Shown: piece after piece, positions 39,234-53,907 of the stretch
Layout of the letters: each line of letters begins with the position of its first letter
Position numbering within the stretch: position 1 is the stretch's first letter
Source of the DNA: Octopus sinensis
Lineage: Eukaryota
Direction of reading: 5' to 3'
NCBI RefSeq assembly: GCF_006345805.1
Contig: NC_043017.1
Coordinates: forward strand, 20,770,001 to 20,834,000
Length of the DNA stretch: 64,000 nucleotides
Notes under the pieces: model-generated
What the model was told of the DNA's origin: nothing
The model's database searches: none
The model's input: the letters and a program-made list of their open reading frames with translations, nothing else
Made by a program: the position numbers and the translations under genes

Positions 39234-39389
39234 TAACAACAACAACATTGAAAAGTACCTTAGAAATGAGAAACCCAGTTCGAAATTTCTCCAGGACACC
39301 TGATGAAGGCTGGAGGGTATATCAGCTGAAACTTTGTGTTAACAACAAACAAGATGAGGACAAATATCCGTCAAATGTAAATAATATAC
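38975..39389 (+). mobile_element. Composite repeat P3: (AAT)n + tRNA-like Pol III head + (AAT)n + hammerhead-bearing segment
   Basis: A box tggcatagtgg at 39056-39066, B box gttcgattcc at 39101-39110; HHR motif at 39295-39340. Confidence 0.75.
39295..39340 (+). ncRNA. Minimal type I hammerhead motif (P3); this copy is probably disabled
   Basis: gacac-CUGAUGA-a-ggcug gaggguauau cagcu-GAAAC-UUU-guguu: stems I and II pair; G16.2 is replaced by U. Confidence 0.7.
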
Positions 39390-39394
39390 TTTCT

Positions 39395-40450
39395 GGTAAG
39401 GCCTGAAATTTTGGGGGAGGGGACTAATTGATTACATTGACCCCCCAGTGCTCAACTGGTTTTCATTGACCCCGAAAGGATGAAAGGCAAAGTTGACCAT
39501 GGCAGAATTTGAACTCTGATGAAATGCCCCAAAGCATTTTGCCCGGTGTTCTAATTAATAAACCTTTCTACTATAGGCACAAGGCCTGGAATTTGGGGGA
39601 GGGGGAAAGTCGATTACATCGACCCCAGTGCTTGACTGGTACTTGTTTTATCGACCCCTGAAGGATGAAAGGCAAAGTCAACCTTAGAAGAATGTGAACT
39701 CAGAATGTAAAGACAGATGAAATATCTCTAAGCATTTTGCTTGGTGTTCTAATCAGTAATAATTATTTCAAGTTTCCACCACAAGGACAGCTTGTGGGGT
39801 TGGAGATGTGTCAATTACATTGACCCCAGTGTTCAACTGGTACTTATTTTATCAAACCCGAAAGGAGGAAAGGCAAAGTTGACCTCAGTGGAATCTGAAC
39901 TCAAATTGGAGTGAGGAGCAAAATACCTATTTCTTTACTACCCACAAGGGGCTAAACACAGAGAGGACAAACAAGGACAGACAAACGGATTAAGTCGATT
40001 ATATCGACCCCAGTGCGTAACTGGTACTTATTTAATCAACCCCGAAAGGATGAAAGGTAAAGTCGACCTCGTCGGAATTTGAACTCGGAATGAATGCCAG
40101 ACGAAATAGAGCTAGGCATTTCACCCTGCGTGCTAACGTTTCTGCAAGCTCGCTGCCTTACAAAATACTGCTAAGCATTTCATTCAGCATGCTAACGATT
40201 CTGCGAACTCATCGCTTTGTTCTAATTAACAATAATAAGGGTTTACAATTTTGCCATGAGGCTCCCAATTCTGGTGGGGGAGGGGTTAAGTCGATTACAC
40301 TAAACCCAGTGCTAAACTGGTATTTATTTTATCAATCCTGTAATGAGGAATGGCAAAATTAAACCTCAGCAGGATTTGAACACAAAACATAACGATCCAA
40401 AAGGTATACCACAAAGCATTTTATCCTACGATTGATCAATTTTACCAGCT
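39395..40450 (-). mobile_element. Cluster of about six co-oriented SINE family B copies or fragments, including a full copy at 39923-40159
   Basis: Recurrent aaggatgaaaggcaaagt(c/t)gacc..gaatttgaactc motif. Confidence 0.85.
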
Positions 40451-40879
40451 CACTGCCAGAACCTGTTAAATTGCACCAAAATATTGTCCATATCAATGAC
40501 ACAGAAATGTGCTCAGTTGTGCAATGAAAGCATTTAATAGAAATAAGAAAAAAAATTCCTCTAAACAACAACAGCAATAAAATATATTTAGAAAAACATA
40601 AAAAAAAAAGAGAAATAAAAGCGATTTTTAATATTTTTCAGCGCAAATATTTAATGACTAATTTCAGAAGAGAAAAATTTAATTTCATTTCCTCAAATGT
40701 TCAAAATTTATTGAACATTAAATGTACAAACTAAATTAAAATTGGTTATATTTAATACAAAGAATAGTGGAGGTCGGGGCGGGGGGGGGGAAGGCGGGTC
40801 GTTTTCTTTGTTGAGAATGGTGGCGAGGGTGGGGTGGGGGTGTGTGGCAAAACGGCTAAAACCTAATGTCCAAAGATCT

Positions 40880-40916
40880 GTACTTCAGAGAGTGTATATA
40901 TATATATAGATACATC

Positions 40917-40947
<31 letters not shown>

Positions 40948-41098
40948 ATATATTGTGTTATATATATATATATATATGTTGTGTGGTGTATATATATATA
41001 TATATATATTATTTGTGTGTGTGTAATATATTATATATATATATCTATATATAATATATATGTGTGTTTGTATATATATTATATATCTATTATATATA

Positions 41099-41146
<48 letters not shown>

Positions 41147-41266
41147 TATATAATAATATATATAAGGTATGTATGTAGATATAATATATATATATAGATA
41201 TATAATATATATATATATATATATGTAGTATAATATATATTATATATATATATATATGGTATGTTC

Positions 41267-41297
<31 letters not shown>

Positions 41298-41366
41298 TGT
41301 ATGTATGTATTATATATATATATATGATATATATATATGTATGTATATATAATATTATATATATAG

Positions 41367-41412
<46 letters not shown>

Positions 41413-41638
41413 AATATATATATATATAATATATATATTATATATATGTGATGTATATATATATATATATATATTATATGTATGATATATTATCTATATA
41501 TATATATATCTACATACATCTATATATATATATATATATATATATACTACATACATTATATATATATATATATATATATTATATCCATACATACCTATAT
41601 CTCAATATATATTCTATATATATATAATATATATATAT

Positions 41639-41715
<77 letters not shown>

Positions 41716-41780
41716 ATATATGTATGTATATATATATATATCTATATATATATATATATGTATGTATATATATATATATC

Positions 41781-41818
<38 letters not shown>

Positions 41819-41834
41819 ATATATATTATGTATA

Positions 41835-41865
<31 letters not shown>

Positions 41866-41879
41866 ATATATATATAGTA

Positions 41880-41928
<49 letters not shown>

Positions 41929-41950
41929 ATATACACATATACTTACACAC
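40880..41950. repeat. >1-kb degenerate (TA)n block
   Basis: Direct reading; similar blocks at 30590-31400, 45300-45720, 46380-46900 and 53700-54400. Confidence 0.95.
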
Positions 41951-43220
41951 ACACATGCTAATACCCATATGAGGGTTCTGCTTATTCATCATGTACATTT
42001 GATAACTGCTTAACCCAAACATGTATATGTACACACACACAACATTTATTCATGCATGTGTGTTGTGTGTGTCTATTGCTGTAACATCATGCAATAAGTG
42101 TCACCATCACCTAAGCAGCGTCCTTCGCTTCCAATCCTCTGTGGCAACATGTTGTTTGGCAAATTGGATACGTTTCTTGGAATCGGGTGAAAGGTGGCAA
42201 CAAGAAGGGCATAATGGCATGAAGCCATAGAAAATTTGCCAGCGAGAATTCCATCTGAGCCATGCAAGCCATGATGATGATGATGATGATTATGATAGTG
42301 ATGGTGTCATGTAAAAGCACTCGTGCTCGAACCATGTTTAAAGTCATCCGTGTTGGTGCTACATGAAAGACATCCGTACTGGAGCCACATGGAAAAAGGG
42401 ACCTAGTACACCCTGTAAAGTGGTTGGTGTTAGGAAGAGCATCCAGCCATATAGACCATGCCGTAACAGATCACTGGAGCCTAGCGCAGCCTTCCAGCTG
42501 GCCATCTCCTGCCAAACTGTCCAACCCATGCCATCATGGAAAATGGTCATTAAATGATGATAATGATGATGATGACGACAGTACTTGGTTGGTACTTTTA
42601 TCTCATCAACTTTGAAAGCAGAAAAGTTAAGGGTGCTCTTGGCATGATTTGATCTCAGAACGTAAAGAGGCCATTAAAAGCCCCAATCGAATTAACATAT
42701 AATATATGAAAAAAGGGTTTACATAGCACAGAAGAATATTCATTAAAAGTGTGCCTATTGGTAGCCATAAAGGTCTTAGGAATTGGTCTATATGGTAACA
42801 ATGATCCTTTATGGGGAAAATTCGCTTCCTGGGAACTATCTGAATATATTCAGGAGACATTTGCAAAAATTAATTCCTTGATTCAGTTGCTGAATGATTT
42901 TATGCACAGCATTGGCACCGGTAATGAATGCTAAACTAATTAGAGACCTGTTAACTTAAGCTCAATTCTCAGATAAAATTGCTTTATCTGGAATGGTAAG
43001 TTGACTTGGAGACATAAGGGAATAAATTTGCATATCAGACCTACATCATGTACGTGTACACATTTATATGACCATGTATGCATGTGTGTGTTGTGTGTGC
43101 GTGCACATGCATATGTTAATGTGTATATATACAGGCACACAAATATATACACATATATTTACGTATACGAATATATTTACATATATACATATATATACAT
43201 GTGTGTGTGTGTTGTATAAG

Positions 43221-43253
<33 letters not shown>

Positions 43254-43290
43254 CTATATATCCTTGTACATGATTTTGAATTTGTGTGTG

Positions 43291-43322
<32 letters not shown>

Positions 43323-44492
43323 CATACATATATATATGTATATATATATGCATACATATATATATATGTATATATATACATATATATATATATGTGTATA
43401 TATGTATGTGTGTATATATATATATAACAATATATAAATATGTATATATATGTATGTGTATATATATATATATAACCCATGCTAGCATGGAAAGCGGACG
43501 TTAGACGATGATGATATATATACATACATATATATATGTGTGTATATATGTGTGTGTGTATGTAAATTTATATATATATATTTGTGTGTGTGTATGTATA
43601 TAGATAGATAGATATAGATATATATATGTATACACACACACACACACACACCTATAGTCATATCCAGAGATCTACATATATATATATGTTTACATATGCG
43701 TGTGTGTATATAAATTTATATATATATATATATTTATTATATATATATATATATATGTATATATAAATCCATCAATGTAATAATGGTGTTGTCTCTTGAT
43801 GCAAAACATGACTTGCTTCACACATGCCAACCTAAAGTAGTCATTTAGATCCAGTTCGTTACCGTGAACAAGAGCCACCATGATCTACTTAACGATGCTG
43901 AGGCAAAGAATAACAAAGTGGCTTTTGATTCTGGTGCTGTTGTTCAGTCTCTTCAAGTCAGCACCGATCAAACAGACCTGAGAAGACAATCCACTTGAGA
44001 CCATCCTGTCTTTTGTCACATCTGCAACTATGCTGTACAATGTTTTATTTTTAGGAGGGTAAACTATGATTCGAGGGAGATTTGGGTGCTATTTCTACTA
44101 GGTCAAGACATTGGATAGCCTAAGCCAGAACTGCTAGGAAATTATTCCTAGCAACAGCACCCCTTATTTATTTATTTATTTTTGGAGACCATATGGTTGT
44201 CTAAATATTCCAAAGAACCAAAAACAGGCACTCATATATTTGTCAATAGAGTGAGTACCTTAATCTTAAAGTATACAGTATTGTAGATCCATTTAAGCCA
44301 TTCTACCAGTCAGTTTCACACAGGAAATTATCAGAGTGGCCAGTTTTAAAAAAAACGTGTCACAAATGGTTTAATGTGAGATTAAGTACAACATTAAAAT
44401 TTAGAGACTACTAATTTAGAATCTACTAATTGAAATAAACCTGCAACCCATGGAAAGAATGAAGATTTTTTCTCTATTTTATCAATATTATA

Positions 44493-44651
44493 TTACGTTC
44501 TGAGTTCAAATTCCACCGAGGTCGACTTTGCCTTTCATCCTTTCGGGGTCGATGAATTTAGTACCAGTTACGTACTGGGGTCGATATAATCGACTTAATC
44601 TCCTTGTCTGTCCTCTCTGTGTTTAGCCCCTTGTGGGTAGTAAAGAAATAA
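44493..44651 (+). mobile_element. SINE family B, 5'-truncated
   Basis: Matches 18711-18900. Confidence 0.85.
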
Positions 44652-45568
44652 TTATATTCTAAAGTCAATCATGTGATCTGTAGAGATGATTAATCTAATC
44701 CCTGGTTGATTTTAAGAAGAAACATTTATTAATAGTTTTTAATTTCTAAATATGTTATAAAACACATACTAGCAGTGCATGTTTGGAGTTAGACCCTGAC
44801 TATCTTCATAATTAACACTGCTACATTTGGTCAGACAAGTTAGTTTTGTCTATTATATATCTCTAGGTGAATATACAACTGTATTGTATAATGCTAAGCA
44901 TGCAATTTGATGTAGAATGTATATATATAATTTGGAACGTTGAAATTAATGATACTACATAGAGTAGATTATGAAACAGCTGTAACCACAAAGAAATCAT
45001 ATAGAAATAAATCTGTATTTCCTTCTTATACCTCCTCAATTTATGTGTGTGTGTGTGTGTGTGTATTTCCTTGACTTGACATAGTGTGATAGTTGCAAAT
45101 GATTGTCACAGTCAAACAAGCAGTGTCATTCATTTCCAATACTCTGTAAAAACATGTCTGGCCATGAGAAAATATCAGTTGGCTTGGAAGCTGGAATGAG
45201 TTGGTGAATGGAAGGGCGACCAGCTGTAGAAAATATCTGCTTCAGTAAACTTCACCTGATCGATGCAAGCATGGAAAAGTGGTTGTTAAAACGATAATGA
45301 TGATGATATACACACACACACACATATATATATTATATGTATACATATGTATACATATATATATATATACATATATATATATACACATATATATATATAT
45401 ATATATATACATATATATATACATATATATATATATATACACATATATATACATATATATACATACATATATATATATATACATATATATACATATAGTA
45501 TATATGTATATACAAAAATATATATATATATATATACTTTACATATAACATATATATACATATATACG

Positions 45569-45600
<32 letters not shown>

Positions 45601-46717
45601 GACCCATAACGTATATATATACTATATTATATATATAATATATATACACATATATATATATATATATATATAATATATATATATACATACATATTATATA
45701 TATTATCATAATATAATGTGCAGTGGTGCATATATGTATATAATTATAGATATATGTATATACAGATGGGTGAAGGGGAAAAGAAGATGCAGACAGACAG
45801 ACAGACAGACGGACTTACTCTAATTGCGTGAGTGTGTATAGTTAGGCTAGTAATGAAATTCAATAAAAGCTGCATGAGAAGCTGAAGTTATTAATACCTG
45901 AGCAGAAGGTATTTAGCATCAATATTACCTAATTATGGCTACCTTCAGTATGGTTGCATGCACAGGAAAAGACATACACATGGACAGACACAAAAACATA
46001 CATAGAGAGACACATGTGGTGAAGACACACATATATATATACGTACGATGAATATATACTACATGTGTGAGTACAGACGGATAAAAGCAGAGTGATTCAC
46101 ACTGAAATACCTACATGGGACATACATGGATGCATACAAAGATGCATGCTGGTGTATGGATACACATGTATAGATATATATGCAAATTGAGGCAGTCATA
46201 CATGCATAGTATAGTTACATACAGACAGACAGAAGCAGAAACGCATTCATAGATTAAGACACAAGCACATATATATGCAGACATATATACACACACAGAC
46301 AGTGCATACAGAGACTGTACTTATGTATATGTGTACGCATACATACATACATAGATAGACAAGGAGAAACGAACTCAAATTGTGATGTGTGTGTAAATGC
46401 ATTCATACATATGTATACATGCACATACATATATACATGCACATATATACATATATATACATATATATGTATATATATGCACATACATATATATATACAT
46501 ACATATATATACATATATATGTATATATATGCACATACATATATATATACATACATATATATATATTACACATATATAAATATATACATATACATATATA
46601 TATATACACATATATAATAATACATATACATATATATATATACACATATATAAATATATACATATACATATTATATATATATATATATATATTACATATA
46701 TAAATATATACATATAC

Positions 46718-46757
<40 letters not shown>

Positions 46758-47539
46758 ACACATATAAAAATATATACATATATATATATACATATGCATA
46801 TATATATATATATATAATATATATTGTCTACACATACATAAATATACATGTATAATACATGCACATACATATATATATACAAAAATACATGCACACATAT
46901 ACATCAATACATACATACAGAGACACACAGAATTAGAAACACGTTTATAGATGGAGACAAACTAACAAACACACACAAACACTTACACATACAATTACAC
47001 ACATACATACACACAATCACATGCGTGCAGAGGAAACCTATTTGCATTTGAACTTGTGTGTGTATTACACAAACACATACACACACACAGACGTAGATAT
47101 TGATAGATAGGCAGGGAGATAGGGATAGACAGGTAGATAGATATAGATAATTACAGGTAAGTTATAGCATGTCTGTCTAACAGATAGCTATTGATCAACA
47201 GCTTTTCCTTAACTTATTGATATCTCTCAGATTTCTCCCTCTTCCTTTCTTCTCAGTCAAAGAAAGATATATTACAGAGTCTTCTGATAGGTAAATGCCG
47301 CAGTAAGGGTTGGTTGGAGGTGGGGAGAGGGTGGAGTGAGAGAGAGAAAGAGAGAGAGAGAGAGCAGAGGGTTGGAAGGAAAGTAATGTGAAGAGAGTGA
47401 AAGAGTAAGAGAGTATGGAGAAGGAGTGAGAAGTGGCTGAGAGATAGAGAGTGTGAAAGAGGAGAGAAAGAGATGGAGAAAATGAGAAATTGAGATAGAT
47501 AAAGTGTAACAGTGAGAGAACGAGAGTGAGAGAGAGAGG

Positions 47540-47575
<36 letters not shown>

Positions 47576-47744
47576 AAACAGTGGAAGGATGTTGGAAAGA
47601 ATGTGAAGTGATGAAAATGAAAGTAGAGATCAAGAAGAATGAGTGAGAACTTGAGAGAGAGGGTGAACGAGAAGGAGAGCGATGGAAAGGAATGACAGAT
47701 GTAATGAGACAGAGCATGTGAATGAGAGGGGAGAAAGACAGAGA

Positions 47745-47780
<36 letters not shown>

Positions 47781-47931
47781 AAGGGAGTGAAGAGTAAGAT
47801 GTTGAGAGCGGAAAAAGAGAAAGGGGAAAGGGTAAGGATGTATTAAGAGAGAGAAAGAAAGAGTAAGAGAATTCGAGAGAGATGGCAAGAGATGAAAGGC
47901 CAAAGAGAGATAGAAGTCTGTCGGTCGGTGA

Positions 47932-47967
<36 letters not shown>

Positions 47968-48668
47968 TATTATTATTATTATTGTTATTATTATTATTTT
48001 GTTTTCGTTTCCTTTTTGTGTTCAATAACTCCACAATTGATTTTCACCATAGCTTCATTTTCATTCCACGTCAATATGTTAAATTCACTTTCTTACAACC
48101 GTGATCTATTAGCTCAGCTGCTGCTACCGGCAGCATGCAACAGCAATTTGGCCCCGGTGCCACTTCCACTTCCTGAGAGAAACACGAGGCACCAATTTAC
48201 CATCATTTCCTTGTGATTTCTATACAAATCACTTCAAGAAATTCTATGCTATTTGGAGAAAGTCAAGTTGACTTTGGTTTCAAATTTGGTAGTGCTGGTT
48301 GGTGGGGGTTATCCTTTTCCTTGCTAGATTTTATTTCTTTTCGCTGCTACCGGTTTCAGTCATTGGACAGCAGCCATGCTGGAGCATCACCTTGAAGAAT
48401 CAAGTTGAGCAAATATAAACCCCAGTACCTACTATTTTCATAATTGGCAAACTGGCAGAATGGTAAGAACATCGGCCAAAATGTTTTGCAGCATTTCATC
48501 TCTCTTTACATTCTGAGTTCAAATCCCACCAAAGTTAACTTAGCTTTTCACACTTTTGGGTTCACTAAACTAAGTACCAGTAAAATACTGGGCTTGATGT
48601 AATTGACTATTTCCCCATCTCTCAAAATGTCTGGCCTTGTGTCTTTAGTAGAAAGGATTATTATTATT

Positions 48669-48861
48669 GATCTAATTGAAGCTTTTCTCCTGGCAGATAT
48701 TATACTGGTACTACACCAAAAGAAAGAACCATATCAAATAGCCAAAGGTCCTTTGAGGTCATTCGTTCTCCTCCAACTTTCCATTACCCCACTTAGAATC
48801 CTTGCTGTTCCTAACAAGGCTGTTTTCTGCTACAGCCCCATTCTGTTGGTAATTCTTAGGT
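48669..48861 (-). mobile_element. R4/Dong-type LINE 3' tip
   Basis: Minus-strand translation L*QKTALLGTARILSGVM; (AAT)n on both sides. Confidence 0.75.
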
Positions 48862-48963
48862 TATTATTATTGTTGTTGTTGTTGTTGTTGTTGTTATTAT
48901 TATTATTATTATTATTATTCAGGTCCCTGCCTGGAATCGAACTCAAAATCTTGGGGTTAGTAC
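48862..48963 (-). mobile_element. Truncated P3 head (tRNA-like B box + AAT/AAC tract)
   Basis: Reverse complement tactaaccccaagattttgagttcgattccaggcagggacctgaataat aligns with 39081-39130. Confidence 0.8.
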
Positions 48964-49330
48964 TCCAAGGCGGTTGGATGGAACTTACACTCGCCTCCTT
49001 ATGAGAGTTCAAAATCTCTCGTGGAAGCATCATCCAACCAAATTACAAATATATGGGAAACTACCACCTGTATCATCTCTTGTGAAAGGTAGGAGAGTCC
49101 AGTTTGCTGGACATTGTTGTAGAGCTGAAGACGAGGTAATTTCTCCTCTTCTCCTCTGGAAGCCATCTGCTCATGATACCAGAGGGCGCACACTCTCCTA
49201 CCATGATGTAATCTCCAGGGATACAGGCATCCAGCAACAGGACCTCCGTAATACTATGATGGACCGCGAAGTCTGGCGTAACATAGTAAATTGCATTGTC
49301 TTGACTACGGTCGAACAATGATGATGATGA
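48964..49330 (+). mobile_element. RTE-X-type LINE 3' end
   Basis: LDGTYTRLLMRVQNLSWKHHPT...RRVQFAGHCCRAEDEVISPLLLWKP...DREVWRNIV; (GAT)n tail. Confidence 0.85.
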
Positions 49331-49560
49331 GTACCTCTCACTCTTAACCACTACACCATATGCCCATGGAACTATATTAGTGAGCTGGCAGAATCCTTAC
49401 AATGCTGGACAAGATGCTTAGTGACATTTTGGTCATCTTTTACATTCTGAATTCAAATTCCATCAAAGTAAGCTTAGCCTTTCATCCTTTTATGGTTGAT
49501 GAAATAAGTACCCCTGAAATTGCAGGCCTTGTACCAAAAATTTAAATCATCATCATTATT

Positions 49561-49964
49561 ATTAATTGTCTTTGCACAACTTCTAACACTGGAGATGTGC
49601 TATGGTGCCAGCTGTTCACTACCAGTGAACTAACGTAACACCCCTTATTTTTCAAGCACCATCCGGAGTATTCAAGTGGTCCCACGCAGTGCTGATTTCT
49701 ACAAGTGCTCCACCCTTATTGCAGCCCGTATTTGTTCCATGTTCTTCTCAAGAATTTTATTCACTGTTTCCAAGGCTCCAACAATTATTGGGACTGCTAG
49801 CACCTTTTGTATCAACCACAACTGCTTAACATCTCATGCTAACCTGCCATATCTATCAACTTTTCTTTCTTCCTTATCACATACCTTGTTATCAGCTGGG
49901 CATGCTATATCTATGATCCAGCATAGTTTGCTTTCTTTCTCAATTAAGACTATGTCTGCTTTCC

Positions 49965-49965
<1 letters not shown>
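49561..49965 (-). mobile_element. R4/Dong-type LINE relic (restriction-like endonuclease domain)
   Basis: RKADIVLIEKESKLCWIIDIACPADNKVCDKEERKVDRY...VPIIVGALETV...KSALRGT; flanked by (AAT)n. Confidence 0.85.
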
Positions 49966-50020
<55 letters not shown>

Positions 50021-50271
50021 TATGTTTGACTTTTGCTTTATGTCTGTACAAGTTGGCTCCAAGTCTCACCCAGAGACCTCAAGAGACAACAGGTTGGAAG
50101 TTTACGTTGTTGTTATGCCTGGTGTGCCATATATTTGGTTGTGTTTTTTGTGTTGTACTAGTGGATGTCTAAAAAAAAATGTTTGTTTTAAACCTTGAGA
50201 TTACATAGAAAGTATTTTGCGTAGGATATGAGCAGTTCCCATGAGCACTATCTTTTGAATTTCTAATAATA

Positions 50272-50307
<36 letters not shown>

Positions 50308-50446
50308 GGCAGTGAGCTGGCTGAATCTTTAGTATGCCAGGCAAAATGCTTAGTAGCATAACATCTGTCTTTACATTCTGGATTCAAATATTTGCTGGGA
50401 TCAATGTAATTGACTAGCACCTCCCCCAAAATTCCAGGCTTTATAC

Positions 50447-50493
<47 letters not shown>

Positions 50494-51552
50494 TATTATT
50501 ATTATTATTATTATTTTTAAAGTCTGGTGCTTATTTTGTCAGTCTCTTTTGCTAAACCACTAAGTTATTGGGGACATAATAAACCAATACCAGTTGTCAA
50601 CCTACTAAAAATCCTTCAAGGTGGTACCCCAGTATGACCACAGTTTGATTACTGAAACAAATAAAAAAATGAAAAATGAAAGATTATTAATTTGGTGTTT
50701 GGAACATGAATTAGCCTGGAGTTCTGATGAAATGTTTTCATTAAGATCCCTTTAAAACAGGAAGTCTGTGTCATAGAATCAGCAGGGGTGGTCTCAGATG
50801 GATCGGTATAAAAAAGGGTGAATCAACAATCAGCTAATAACTAAACAAAAACAGGATCTGAAGACTCCGGAGGTGGTTGGCAGCAGGGAAAATTATATGG
50901 TGCTGTCCATATGTCAAGAGAGGAAGAAAAATCTGACATTCTTCAGATGAAGTAATTTTTTTTTTTTGTCTGCAAGAGAGAAAAATTTAGTTGAATAAAA
51001 CACAAAAAAAAAAAAACTGAAAATGAATGAAAATTTTCTTTCTCAGACGAAGGGACATCCACTTAATGTCAGATTCCTTTTCTTGTTATGCCATCCAAAC
51101 TTATCCAAGAGCTTGGTTCTTTGTTTAAACAGCAATCTAATTGAAATGGGCATTGGATGTTCTTTTGAAGAATTTCTATTGGCTATTTTCGTCACGTAGA
51201 ATGTAATTGGATTTTGCAGTTGCTGCACGTCTACACATGCTAACTGCAACTAAGAAAAGTTTTGCAGGTATATATGTGTGTGTCTATGTATGTGCGTGTG
51301 TGTGTCTGTATATACATATACATGTTTACGTATACTTTATTTGTCAGTTAGCGAAGCTACCAGTGGTTTCGTGTGAAAGAAGTCTTTTAACAATTATCAA
51401 GCCTGTCATTTGGGAGCATTGGTATCTATCTATCTATCTATCTATTTATCTATCTAACTAGATAGATAGATAAATAGAAAGGTAGATAGACAGACAGACA
51501 GACAGACAGATAGATTGATAGATAGATAGATAGATCAATAGATAGATCGATC

Positions 51553-51590
<38 letters not shown>

Positions 51591-51755
51591 AAGATAGATA
51601 GATCAACAAGTAGACAGAAAGGTAGATAGATAGGTAGATAGATAGACAAATAGATAAACAGACAGATTGGTAGACAGAAAGGTAGACAGACAAGTAGATA
51701 GATAGGTAGATTGATAAAGAGATGATATATAGACATGAAAATAGAGAGACAGATA

Positions 51756-51800
<45 letters not shown>

Positions 51801-52396
51801 TAAATAGATAGATAGATAGAGACATGGCAGTGTGGGTAAGAAGCTTGCTTCCCAACCATAGTGATTCTTTATGGTTCAAACCTGCTGCACAGCGCCTTGG
51901 GTGTCTTTTACTAAGGTCCCAAGTTGACCAGTGCCCAGTGGTAAAGAACACAATGTGATCCTTGCCTCACATACGATATTGACATAGGGAAAAAAATATT
52001 TTGACATTACTATAAAAATTAATTTAGATATCGTATTAGGACGCTGGGACAAAATGATGAAATCCAGGAAACAACATATCAAAACAGTAGGATTCAATTT
52101 GAGGAATATTTGGTAGCTATTTCTAGCAGACTAAGTAGCAAAGTAGAGGCTCCTTCACTGGCTTCTCCATAAAAATCAAAATGGTCCATTCCACAATTAA
52201 AACCCCTTAGTGATCTTCAAACACTGTCCTTTAAAATATTTGTTCTGCTCCAAGCTACAAGTACTCCCTTGTCACTCTTGCTGTCAAAAATGCATAATGA
52301 AACTCAGTAGTCAGTTCATTGGAAACCTATGACTGACAAAACTATTGTTCATCATTTGCCAAATAAAATAAAAAAAGAAAATAGCATATATATCTA

Positions 52397-53062
52397 GGTG
52401 CAAGCATGGCTCTGTGGTAAGAAGCCTGCTTTCCAACAACATGATTCTGGGTTCAGTCCCACTGTATGGCACCTTGGGCAAGGGTCTTCTACTATACAGC
52501 CTTGGCAGACTAAAGCCTTGTGAGTGGAATTGGTAGATGGAAACTGAAAGAAGCCCGTCGTATATATGTATATATATATATATATACTTGTATATATTTA
52601 TGTGTGTCTTTGTGTCTGTATTTGTTCCTCCATCATCACTTGACAACTGATGTTGGTGTGTTTATGTCACTGAAACTTAGCAGTTCAGCAAGCTAGACCA
52701 ATAGAATAAATACTAGGTTTGCAAAGAATAAGTCATAGCGTCGATTTCTTCGACTAAAACCCTTTGAATGCAGTGCTCCAGCATGGCCGCAGTCAAATGA
52801 CTGAAACGTGTAAAAGAAAAAGACTAATATATATACTCATTCATACATAACCACAACTGTACACACTGTTTCATGCGGGAACAGTAAAAAATATAAAGGC
52901 ATAGGAGTGGTCGCATGGTAAGTAGCTTGCTTACAAACCATATGGTTCCGGGTTCAGTCCCACTGCATGGCACCTTGGGCAAGTGTCTTCTACTATAGTC
53001 TCGGGCCAACCAAAGCCTTGTGAGTGGATTTGGTAGACAGAAACTGAAAGAAGCCTGTCGTA

Positions 53063-53114
<52 letters not shown>

Positions 53115-53328
53115 CATATGTTTGTGTGTCTGTGTTTGTACCCGCCAACATCGCTTGACAACCGATGCTGGTGTGTTTACATCCCCGTAACATAGCAGTT
53201 CGGCAAAAGAGACCGATAGAATAAGTACTAGGCTTACAAAGAATAGCTCCTGGTGTCGATTTGCTCGACTAGAGGCGGTGCTCCAGCATGGCCACAATCA
53301 AATGACTGAAACAAGTAAAAGAGTAAAA
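52397..53328 (+). mobile_element. Two consecutive full-length SINE family A copies (52397-52822, 52898-53328)
   Basis: Each has head, internal microsatellite and tail. Confidence 0.9.
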
Positions 53329-53846
53329 TACCAAAAGTATATATGAAATCAAGCAAAAGTGTGAAGAAGTTGCACCAATCAGAAGAGAGCATTGCTTATG
53401 ACCGATTTTATTTTATCTTATTTTTTATTTATTTTTGTTTTGTTTTTAATTGTTACTAGGATTAGGAAGGTCATACTCTTTTTCTATGATTATGTAATGA
53501 AATGTTAGAGTTGGCGGAGTTCATAGTTTCGTAAGACAGAGATACACATTCTCAGTTTACTGGGTTCCTTAGAATTATTGGGGAATTTTTGTAAAAGAGA
53601 GCATAATCTCCAGTGTGTGTGTGTGTGTGCAAGTGTGTGTGTGAGAGAGAGAGAGAAAGAGGAGAGAATATGACACCTTGCACACTTCGCATATGTGAAT
53701 TTAACTCATATATATATGAATATATATATAACTATAAATATATATATATATACACACACACACCTACATATATATATATATATACACAACTACATATATA
53801 GATACACATATGTAAATCAATATATGTATATCTATCTATCTATCTA

Positions 53847-53907
<61 letters not shown>

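Noticed and set aside
40880-41950. Hidden periodicity in the long (TA)n block
   Set aside because: Interruptions look like slippage variants or consensus noise; no stable higher-order unit was seen.
42627-42934. ORFs of 61 and 79 aa with ordinary composition
   Set aside because: They overlap on opposite strands, partly run into SINE sequence and have no recognisable motif.
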